Source: Trichosphaerium sp. ATCC 40318
Lineage: Eukaryota; Protista; Tubulinea
Direction: 5' to 3'
DNA length: 64,000 nucleotides
Assembly: GCA_038496445.1 (NCBI GenBank)
Contig: JALMLS010000342.1
Location: forward strand, 62,001-126,000
The notes under the pieces are model-generated. The model saw only the letters and a program-made list of their open reading frames with translations, searched no databases and was not told the DNA's origin. The stretch's first letter is position 1, and each line of letters opens with the position of its first letter. Shown piece by piece: positions 1-10,499 of the stretch. The position numbers and the translations under genes are program-made.

Positions 1-890
1 GAAAAAGAAAAGATGATCATCATGGAATTTATGGAACTTGGTAACACAAGGGTGGCACTCATTATGTAAATCTAACTTGGATGTTAAGGAAGTTTATTTG
101 ATGTACTTCATAGTGGTAACGAAAACCACTATATCAGTGATTGGAGCAATAAGATTAAGATGGGAAAAGACACGGTACAAATAATGAGGTATGTGCTAAG
201 TACCTAATCCTCTCCAAGGCATCTGCAATGGTATATCTCCATAGCTCCAACTTTAGGCAAGTAAAGATTTAGTACTGAATCAAATTGCGCTAAATGCTTA
301 CAGACACATGGATTTGAACAGCAAAAACGTACTTGTTAGTAGGGAGCATAAAGTCAAAGTGGCGGATTTTGGTTTATCTCATGAACTTGAAGAAGACTAC
401 GAAGCATCTCAAGCTGTTAGAAAAGTTGGGTATAGTGGTTATAACATTTCAATATATCTATGCATTATACTCAAGGATACATTTTTATAGAACACTGCGA
501 TGGATGAGTCCAGAAATGTTAAGAAATAAATGTGATTCAATGCAAAAGAATGATGTATACTCTTTTGGTATTATTCTCTATGAACTAGCGTAAGTTTGTG
601 CGGTAAAAGCGCCTTTAGTTCTAATATAAAATAGATCCTTAGCTATTCCTTACTATGACAAAGTTGACTCAGACGTCAAGTACGAAATATACAATACTGA
701 GGATTTTTTGCTAAATTTTTTTGTTCACAAAAGATGGAGTATTCGCAATCATATTCCGCCAAAAGTCCCTGATACTTCGATATGGAGAGATAATAAACCT
801 TATAAAAAGGTCATGGAACAGTGTTGGAAAAAAGATCCAAAGCAAAGGCCAACTTTTAAAGAGATATGCGTTCTTCTAGACGAATTGTAA
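1..890 (+). CDS. TKL-group protein kinase, C-terminal catalytic half (5' truncated by window, 6 introns)
   Basis: Spliced exons give IMEFMELGSLFDVLH, YLHSSNFRHMDLNSKNVLV, KVADFGLS, GTLRWMSPEM, DVYSFGIILYEL and CWKKDPKQRPTF; stop TAA at 888-890. Confidence 0.9.
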
Positions 891-970
891 AACAAAGTAC
901 TTTGTAAAATAGAAAAATAAATGTAAAGTTTTGCTATGTATTCTTCTTTAGATCTTTTGAGGTCAACTCA

Positions 971-2625
971 TTAAGATGTTGGTTTTTTTGTAGATAGGAT
1001 TCGTTGAAAAAACCCTGGTTGTTCTTCGTTCTGTGCAGCAACAAGTTGAGCTGCAAGGTCATCTTTTGCCTTCTTTTCACGTTCGAGAGCAATCTCAAGC
1101 TGACGAATCTTGTCCTCCAAATCCTTTGTTGTAGCACCTGAAACTGGTTCTTTGTCCTATGGTTTTAAAAAGTTACTCAAAATGCTCAATGTATATGAGT
1201 TCATATAGCGTACATCTTTAGGTTTGAAGTACTCTTCCATACGAGCTATTACTAAGTCACGCATAAACATCATGTCTTCTTCAGCATATTTATGAACAAG
1301 ACCAATGGCTACAGGTCAAATTAACAACAGTATTAATCACGTGAGAAATTACCTGTATCATTCAACTCCAAGATATAAATTTTGCCATCCTTCTTACTGT
1401 GTAAGATATCTAAACCGAGTATATCTACGCCTCCGAAAAGTGCAGCACACTGTTCTTGATGTTAGGGTAATTTTATTCACAAATCTTGTACCTCATCAGC
1501 CCACAATTTAAATTCGTCACTCAACTCCTGATACTTAAGTTATTCAAAAGTCTCATTACAAATAAGTACCATATCCTCAATAACAGCCATGTTGCCTACA
1601 TTACCCTTCCAATTTGGTGATCTACGCCTGAAAACTCGATAGTGTGGTCTATAAGGGTGTGAATAGCATATACATTCGCACAAATAGTCTTACCCGATTT
1701 TTTGTATTCTACCATCCCAATCCCAATCAATAAACGGTTCAGCTGTAACCTAAAAGAAAGGTCACTCGACGCACGTGCCACAGAAACCGTACGTAATCGC
1801 CGTTTATTGCACAAACGCTCGCAAAATCTCTAAAGTCACCTTGGTTCGTTAGTCTCATCTTGCCATAACCAGAGTGGCAATGCCCAACCTGTGGTTGTCA
1901 ATGTTAATATTAAAGCATAAATAGGTAATATGTTACTTGCTTTACAAACAATAGGAAACTCTGGAGAGATGAGCATTTCCTTGTGAGACGGGTAATACGT
2001 TTGGTTGACAAGTGGGAACTTGTCTTTGCCAAGCTTCTTTTGAATTGACTTGAGGCCACCCCACATTAGTGGTCTCTGCGTGAACATGAACGCTAAAAGA
2101 GTCAGGTCATCACAACTGAACTTTTGCTACCCGAATGTAACGAGTTTACAGCAGGCACTCCTGCATGAATTAGCGCGTATAAGAGATTCCTTGAGTCTAG
2201 TGGGTGTATGCCATGTGAAACAGAGCGCAAAAGCACCATGTCAACCTAATTAACGTGTCAGATATGTAAAATACAAAACCCTTATTAAGTACCTCCACAG
2301 TTCTATCTTGTTGTTGTGACGTGCTCGGAAGAGGTTTTGAAGCACGTCGCATGCTTACAACAGGTTTCTACGTATAACGTAAATTAAACACCGTTGTATT
2401 GTTCTTGTACCCCGGTATTGTACGATACAATACTTATATCTTGCCATTCCGCTTGTTGAACCTGCACGCAATTAACGAATAGTAAAATAGGTTGCTACCG
2501 CGCACTATCACTGGGTGTCCAAGTATCGTAGCACCTTCAAAGGTTTTATACCAGTTCAAGTGGGTAGAACATTCAACAACAAGTAGCGTCAACGGTTTTT
2601 TCTTTGTTTCCTTTGGTTCTGCCAT
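971..2625 (-). CDS. SYN: Synapsin-like ATP-grasp protein (synapsin C domain plus short coiled-coil tail)
   Basis: Motifs LLVVECSTHLNWYKTF, KKLGKDKFPLVNQTYYPSHKEML, VCKVGHCHSGYGK, YVTAEPFIDWDWDGRIQKIG and NWKGNVG are colinear with the animal synapsin C domain ([57 protein letters not shown]). Confidence 0.88.
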
Positions 2626-2834
2626 CGAGGTGTGTGCAGGCTATTTATAACTTAAGTTATTCTATAGTTCAGGTAAAATATTACAGACAAACTTTAGGCG
2701 AATCTATTTCCAAATTTCAACTAACTGCACTCTGACAGATACGAATGTATCAAGAAAGGTTGTGATGAGGTTTGGTGGCCCGATAAATGTCAACGTCATT
2801 CAGCTAGATTCAAAACACTCACATCAAGAAAGCG

Positions 2835-3247
2835 ATGTCGTGGTTCAGTACGTTTAAATTTGCCATTACTACACTTTACACTATTGTAGGAAAGAAAACG
2901 CCACGAGATTATGCCAGCAACCAGGTACGCGCCTACTATTAGCAATAATTTGTAATGTCAAGTAGTACCATTCAGTTGGAAATGAATATTGGACAAATAA
3001 GGTTAGACAACAGAATTAGGTTCTAGTACTCATACAAATAGTTCATTTATCCTAATAATTGGTCTACACGCTCTTTCAGAACAGTTTCTGCAAAGGTACG
3101 TTTGACTGCCGCGTTTATTGCTAAGCTATAACGCAGGGAGATTGGCCACAGAGAGCAGATCAGGAAGAACGCTTCTCATTCAAAGTCTTAGTTTATTTTG
3201 TACTTGTACTTGTTGCATGGTACTTTTTTGCTCCGGAAATGAAGTAA
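2835..3247 (+). CDS. Small (~82 aa) protein with C-terminal transmembrane helix, 4 introns; absent from the ORF track
   Basis: Five exons joined at GT-AG introns stay in frame: MSWFRKKTPRDYASNQYHSVGNEYWTNKFIYPNNWSTRSFRTVSAKGDWPQRADQEERFSFKVLVYFVLVLVAWYFFAPEMK*. An AATAAA follows the stop. Confidence 0.65.
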
Positions 3248-3297
3248 AAGCGCAATCACACCCTTGTAAATAATAAATCCACTTTTAACGGCGAATA

Positions 3298-3306
3298 CGC
3301 GCCAAA
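3298..3306 (-). promoter_or_regulatory. E2F-type site (TTTGGCGCG on minus strand) upstream of FANCD2
   Basis: CGCGCCAAA about 175 bp before the FANCD2 ATG matches the E2F consensus TTTSSCGC. Confidence 0.45.
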
Positions 3307-3479
3307 GCGACAAGTGATTTTGGCTGGCAAAATCGATCAATTTAAAACTTACCAGTCCCTCTCAACACAGTCAGAAATATTTTATTACGCCCGTCCGGTG
3401 TTTTAACGCCCTCTGAACGAAATTTAGACCTGCTGTCAAACTTCCACGAACTAGTCGTACCAATACGCTCCCCAGTACA

Positions 3480-6400
3480 ATGGCTGTCAAAAGAAAAGCT
3501 ACTGGAGTGGCTACAACACCAAGTTAGCGCTTTTAACAAAACCGTTTTCTAAACACTTTCAGATAAGAAACCAAAGCTTGCTAATAGAACGTATGATGAT
3601 TTTTTTGCGCTATTGGAAGCACATTCAATAATATTTAAAGACGGCAAATTTGTAGGTGCGTAGACAACACGTACTTGGAAAACATACACTGAGCATCATT
3701 CTTATGCGTCATCAAATTCATTTGACACGTTTGGATTAATAGCGTATGCAGGTTCACCAAATAACAAACAACGCCTTGATTCATACGTCAAAGACTTGGC
3801 AGTGGGAATACCTTCGTCACTACAAAAGCTAACAAAGCAACTGACACAATGTCTGTCTGATGACATTGTTTTCCAAGCCGCTCTGCTACCCTTGCGCCAA
3901 AACACAGCCAAAGAGAACGGACGTACACTTGGCGGCCGTACGATTTCTTTGGCCAAGATGCTTCTCCAGATAGACGCCCTGCAACCTAAACTTACTGAGT
4001 TTTTGCTCAGAAAGATTCCTGAGGTTGCAATGGATGAGGAGTACGATATCATGCGTTTACAAAACCTTAGCTGATTATGTGCTTAAGAGAAGACAGTATA
4101 AGAGCCGCTAAGCTTATTCTGGGCCAATTTCGGTGGCTTGATAGAGTTGTAGAACCGGAAGCACTTGGTGATCTTGTAGTGGAATTACTAGAAATTTGCC
4201 CTACTGCTGTTAAGAGGGAGATTATTACCTGTCTCCCAGAGATAATGTCAGACGAAGGGCAAGAGGAAGTGGTTGCCGCTCTTAAAATGATAGCAGACAA
4301 TGAAACCGAGCTATCTGTTACAGTGATTGAGACACTAGGAAATCTGAACTTAACAGAAGCACTTGAAGGTACGCTAAACTCTTTTTTTTACCCAAGTTAT
4401 GTTAACATGATTTAAGATGAGACTCGACTGACTGTGGTCCGCAGCCTGACCTCTACAAATGCAGAAGATGTTCCTGTACATATACAATTCCTCCTCAGAT
4501 CTACAAAAGGAAAGAAAATCACTGAGGTATGTTGTACCGTGTCACTTTTTTGTGTTCTGACATTGTACAAGTTAGTCAAACAAATACGAAGCAATCTTCA
4601 TATTGAGACGTTCAATAACGTGCCCAATGAAAATCTTCTACAAGGGAAAACGCTTATCATAGATGCTATACGTTCCGGGTTCCGTTTACGCGCTGACTTT
4701 GCAAGCGCTTTTCTCAAAGAAATACAAGCGAACCAATCAGCTGTACAACTACCTGATTCTTTAATAGTTCTCTAACACTTTTTTGTAGAGTAGCCACTTT
4801 ATTCTCGATTTCTGGGTGTTACTTTTACTACATACGATAGCTGATAAGAACACGGTAGAACAAGTTATAAGAAAGAAAATTATGGACAAGAAGTTCTCTT
4901 TGGGATACTTCAAGCGATCTATCACTAATGAAGGAGTAGCACTAAAAGAGTATGTACCTTTCTTATTTTCTTTAACTCTTACTTGCAAAACAGTTGTTTC
5001 ACGAGCCTTGTACAAATTGCTCACATGTTAACGTCATCGCGTATTGTTGGCTCAGAGGATACCCTACCAGCATTTGGTGCAAACCTCTACAGGTTGCTAT
5101 TTGTCGAATTTAAAGAGCGAGGATGCCGTCAGGTACCTTACCAACCTGACTATTTTGACAATCTGTAGAATGTTATTGAAGCAAGTTTATCACACCTGGC
5201 TTCTCCGGATGGAGTTGTTGTTGAACATGCATTACAAGTATTTGATCATAAGACTGTCTTAAAAGTGCGTTTTTTCTTTTTATTGAATCCTCTCAAAGCC
5301 ACTCTAGAATATTAGCCCTTATGCTACTACTGTACATACATCAGTTCTAGATCATATACGTACATACAACCTCGAGTTGACGCACATTCGTAAAATATTC
5401 GAAATCCTTGGCAAAATACACAAAGAAAATCCACAGTTGAAGGACAGGCTAAATATTTACGTTGAGAAGTTTACTTCCTCCCAAGAATCTCATTGTAAAC
5501 GTATTGGAATAATTGCTGCAACAACACAAGTAAAGCAAATAGGTACACAATCATCAAGCGAGTTGCCGAAAATACTGACTTTTTCAAAGGCAATTCACCA
5601 TCGCATGATGGCGTTACACCCTTCGATATGTTCAATAAGCTCTTGAGTAATACTCAAGAACAACCAGAGCTTCAATGTTTCTTTTACGACGAGTGGGTGA
5701 ACTTGCTACTCTCATCGGATCTGTCTTCAAAGCACATAAAGAATATACACAAAACAGTTTGCGAAGAGTTCGAGCAAACTCATATTGCCAAAGTACGCCA
5801 AGAACAAACAAAGCGATTACCTCTGCCTCATCTTTTTTTTTTGAACTTACTTTTCCTTTACAAGATCCCACTCGATCCTGAGGTTACAGAAAGCATTGTC
5901 CTAGATATGAGAGATCCTCAAGATGATGATATTTGTATCTCTCTTTATCCTAGAATACAAGAGCACGAGGGTGATGTTGCTAGATTAGGTTCGTTTATAA
6001 CTCTTCTGTTCTTAATGCTAAACATGCCTAGCACCTGAGTTCAGGTTGTTTCAAGTTCTTACACGTCGCATAAGTAATAACTCACTCAGCCGTTTGAACC
6101 AGCTGTTAGTTTTACCACTAGTTATGTTTCCTCTCGACGAAGCTTCATTTACAATTGTTCCACCCAAGGATAAGAGTCGCAAAATTGAATCCTTAGTTAT
6201 AGCCATAAACTGGATTAGAGAGCTCATAAATGCTTTCGCCACACAGAAAGACACAAGGTAAGAGTCGAGTTTTGATAGCAAATGTAGCAACTAACATATG
6301 TTAAAAAGGGGTGCAGTGCTTAAACGATTGACGCACTTGTGTGAGTTGGAAGATACTTTAGAGTCATATTTGTCTATTGTTGATGCTCAGCGAAAATCTA

Positions 6401-8421
6401 AAAAATCATCAAAGAAAGATAAAGCGCCTAAGATAACAGGACATTTTCTTCAGCATAAAGCGTCTGAATTCCGTCCCTTAGATGTACGTTACCCTTAGTT
6501 CTAATAAGCTCTAATGATTGCCCCGTAGTTGTCAGTGACAAAGGTTATGTCTTGGAAGCTAAAGAGACCACTTGAGGTACAGCTTAAACAAGCTACAACT
6601 GACAACTCACCAGCATCTCTAGGTTAGAGTCCTGTATTTTATGGCACAAGATGTACGAGAAAAAGTTCGTTACTTGTTTGAACCAAAGAAACGCCGTGTG
6701 GGCTCGAACAAAAATCAGCATGTTGAACCAGGTTCGTTAATATCCTGCGCCCATAAAAACCTTACATCAATATAGCTTGGATGGCTGGTAAACATAAAAC
6801 AACAGTTCAGGAATCTGTTGCCAAATATGTATTGTATTCTATCCCAACATATATTGATAAGGTCTTCCGTGCTGATTATCGTACGTGTGAAACTATTTTA
6901 GCCATGTACTGTTTCTTAGCCTGTATTTAGAGAGTGGTGATTCAGAGAGCCCTAGAGACTATTGCCCTTATAGTTGCCCTACTCTCATTTTACTTATTGA
7001 CTCCCTCACAGCATTCTTTCAAAACGCTAGCTCTGAATCACATGTTTTAACGGTCTTAAAAGGCATGCCTAAGACTACAAGCCCAGCAACTGCGTTCAAA
7101 AGTACGTGTGGAATACATCTTGTGGCAGTAACTAACAAGGTTTTTTACGTTAGTTTTCGCCAAGTATATTGATCCAGATGTTGCTACTGATTTCTTGACA
7201 TCCATGTCCTTTCTTCAGCTTTGCAAAGCTCTATTAAAAATAGTACCTGAAAATGCACGTGAGGAGTTGTCAGAACAATTCGGAAATATTGCAGAGTCCA
7301 TGCTGAGTGCGTTTTTTTTATTCGTTCAAAAAAAAATGACTTTCCTTTATAGGGCGACCTTGGCCTTCTACAGCTCTTATAGCGGCTCAGTACCAGACAT
7401 TATTATCTATAGTAGTCACGTACTCCCAAGAGCCTCTAGTGGCGTTACAAAAACTGACACAATTGCTTGCTGCGCCTATGGAACATTCGGAGTTTTCAAC
7501 GCTTACAACGAAATCTTTTAGGCACTACTACAAAGTGACCTTTCAGGTACGCACTATCGGCGTCAATCCACCAACGCACTTACAACACGTTTCAGCAATT
7601 TACGAAGATGTTTGCAAAGTATAAAAGGAGTATGGGCACAAGAACAGTGAGAGAGTCTATATTCTTGTTAAAGAAGTACATTGCTATTTTCAAGCATTTG
7701 ATACTTCTGACAAGAGTGCGTGATGCAATTTAAGATATTTTTTACGGTTACAACCTCTTGATTAACCTCTTATTCGTTAGGGTGAGAAATGCGAACTGGT
7801 TAACTTTGATGTTACTCTAAGACAAGGAAAGAAAGTTATCGATATTTTTGTGTCAACTGTAATGGACATGTTGAGCAGAAATTTTACTGCTTATTCCGAG
7901 CATATAAACCCTATTATAAAGACCCTTCAAGCGGGCACAAGGTATTAAAATACGCGCGCAATAACTAAATAACTAATTCTTCCCGCGTAGACAACTACAT
8001 CACATTTGCTCAGACTCTAAGGTCAAGTCGAAAAATGTCCGTCTTACGCTCATACCATCTCTAAAGAAGAGCCTCGAACAACTTTTGTTCAAGGCCAAAA
8101 CTATGCTCACAAAAAATAATTTTATGGACGCGTTTTGGGTTGGTAACCTCCTTCACAAAGACATAAGAGGGCGAGGTAAGTAGCACGTGGTAAATATTGA
8201 GCGCACTCACGAGTTTAAAAGTCGTTGCATCGCAAATAGATGAAGAAGAGCAAGAAAACGAAATTGTCGAAGAACAGAGCGGAGAAGTGGTAGAAGACGA
8301 AATAGAGGAAGACTACGATAGCGATGGCGTTGATGTAGATATGGCAGACGAAAATGAACTAGTTTCGTGTAAGGAAGAGTATCACAGCGAAGAAGACGAT
8401 GAAATAAGCTTCTCTCAGTAA
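3480..8421 (+). CDS. FANCD2: Fanconi anemia group D2 protein (~23 introns)
   Basis: SLAKMLLQIDALQPKL, LILGQFRWLDRVV, REIITCLPEI, monoubiquitination-site region IYVEKFTSSQESHCKRIGIIAA, AINWIRELINAF, C-terminal AFWVGNLLHKDIRG and an acidic tail. Confidence 0.93.
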
Positions 8422-8727
8422 TAAAAAAACGGTTTTGTTGGCATTTTTTTTGTCTTTAATTATTGCTCAAAGTATGATGCGAGTGAATTTATGAACAACA
8501 CAAGAACTGGTTTTTTATGTGTGATGAGGGTGCAGAGGGCGATTTAGAGAGATTTTAAGGGTTAAATGTAGTGCGTTAACCATCACGTGTGTTAGTATCA
8601 ACGTTGTGCACGCTTTTGCAACCACATTAAACGTAGAAATTGGAATAAAGACAAAGTTAGTGATTTTGAGGACGTATGGCAATTTTTTTGATTTCACTTG
8701 CACCCCTCGTAAAGTTTGTCACTAAAC

Positions 8728-8781
8728 TAGCCGTTATATGTTTTGGGTAAGAAAGTAGCCGTTGGTTTATTTTGCGCCAAA
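8728..8781. promoter_or_regulatory. Two MSA/Myb-like AACGG elements plus an E2F-type site upstream of the small basic protein gene
   Basis: TAGCCGTTA (8728-8736) and TAGCCGTTGG (8756-8765) read YAACGGCTA on the minus strand; GCGCCAAA (8774-8781) reads TTTGGCGC on the minus strand. Confidence 0.45.
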
Positions 8782-8827
8782 CCAGAAATTTGACCAAATT
8801 TTTGCTATTATCTAAAAATCAACAACC

Positions 8828-9210
8828 ATGCCAGCTCGTCGTAAATCTACCAAGAAAGCCTCCAAATCTTCCAAAGGAAAGAATGTCACCCTTGTACGCT
8901 TTACCTAAACAAGTTATGGCGGTTTTTAACGATTACCCCTAGTTCCGCAGCCTAGAAGAAATCATGGACGAAGCCAAGTCTAACCCTGATGCAGGAAGAC
9001 AATTGAGAACCCGCGTCGCAAAGAACACCCTCGACGGCAGGACTGTCAGTAAGTTATACCTTGTTTTGTGCAAATAAGGCTTAGTATTCATTTTCCTTCC
9101 TAGACAACGATACCAAGATGGTATACGGTGACTGGGGAAAGCTTCGCTTCACTGGCGCCACCAAAAAGAAGTCTCCAACCAAGAAGCGAGGCAGAAAGTC
9201 CAAAAAGTGA
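8828..9210 (+). CDS. Small basic (Lys/Arg-rich) protein of ~92 aa, histone H1/HMGA-like in composition, 2 introns; absent from the ORF track
   Basis: Spliced product MPARRKSTKKASKSSKGKNVTLFRSLEEIMDEAKSNPDAGRQLRTRVAKNTLDGRTVNNDTKMVYGDWGKLRFTGATKKKSPTKKRGRKSKK*. Codons are strongly C/G-ending (GCC, ACC, AAC, AAG). Confidence 0.8.
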
Positions 9211-9595
9211 ACGTTAGAAACTTTTTAGCGCGCTTGCAACCGAAACTTTGCCAGGCCTTGTGTACTATTTGACAACGTAGTGTATTATATAAAAAAATTG
9301 GTTTCGAATGCCGCCTTGCATTATTTATTATTTAATTTCTTTTTGTTTTTTTCAGGCGCAAAGTCCCTTTGTATGTTTTTTTTTTCAATGTCTTTATTTT
9401 TTTTCTCTATTGGCGTATGGTTGCAATTTAGGTTCTCGTGCTTTTTGGTCTTTAAATGCCGCGTTAATTTATATGCGTACTACTTTACAAGTGTTTTATA
9501 ATGCGCGTTACGCCTTTTGTGGCGCCGCAATCTTACGTCACATGAAAAAAAAGAAAAATTAAGATTATGTGGTTTCTACTTTTCTTGCGTTTGGG

Positions 9596-10243
9596 TCAGT
9601 CTTTGCATTGGTAGGTCTGGGCCTCAAGGAAGTTTTTAAGGCCATCTTCAAAACGAGCCCAAGGATGATTTACAACCGAATTTAAAAATGTTTCAAGGCT
9701 GAGGCGTCTGTCTTCAATAAATTTAGGATCGAAACGGCCTATGCGAATTGGTTAATTTGGAAAAAATGTTGTGTGGCAAATAGATTTTTCTATGGAGGTT
9801 TTAATCGTTGTCTAGGCGTACCATTGCTTATGTTGAACAAAGAGAACATAGTATTGCCAGGTAATTCTGCGATGGTGAGGCGTTTACCCTTCTCGTCGAG
9901 TTTTTGCTTTAGATGTGCTCGTAACCATACAAATTCAGAGTAGCGGCGTCGTACGGAAAAATCCGTAGATTTGAAGTCTGGTAGTGTTGTCTGTTCGCAA
10001 TTATTAGGGATTTGGTGTTATTTACACTACGTATTAACGGTACTAAAGCGACCAACGCACCTGTGTTGAAATTTTGTAGTCAGTGTACGAATTCTTTCCG
10101 TTGGCGTCCTGATGAGTGATCGGGTCCGTCACAGAAACTGTAATGTATTCTGGAACTTGGTAATCACCTGAAATTCTCTTTCGTGACTTCTTCTTTTTCT
10201 TTTGCTCTGGCGCAGCAGCTTTCTTGTCTGTGGCTTGTGACAT
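9596..10243 (-). CDS. SNX3: PX-only sorting nexin (SNX3/SNX12-like)
   Basis: ITVSVTDP, YTDYKISTQTTLPDF, SVRRRYSEFVWLR, LPG, FDPKFIEDRRLSLETFLNSVVNHP. Confidence 0.8.
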
Positions 10244-10499
10244 TACAATTTTTTTGAGCTAATGCCTTCTAAAACGTGTAGCGTGTCTTTAAAGCGTTGA
10301 CTGAACAGTCAAAAAATGTAAATTATTGAATTACACAATCGCTTCTGTGGCACTCGTACAATACACATGGATTATTTTTCGAGGGATGTACTGCTAGGTG
10401 TCAAATGGTTTATTTATTCACTTCATGGACGGTGCTTGACTAGTCTTATTCCCTCACGACGCACGTAAGCGTTGTTACATTGTATTGGATGTTATAATT

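Noticed and set aside
8521-8708. Box C-like GTGATGA and short inverted repeat GAGGGTGCA/TGCACCCCTC suggesting a snoRNA
   Set aside because: No CTGA box D at a suitable position and the stem is short. An Infernal search would be needed.
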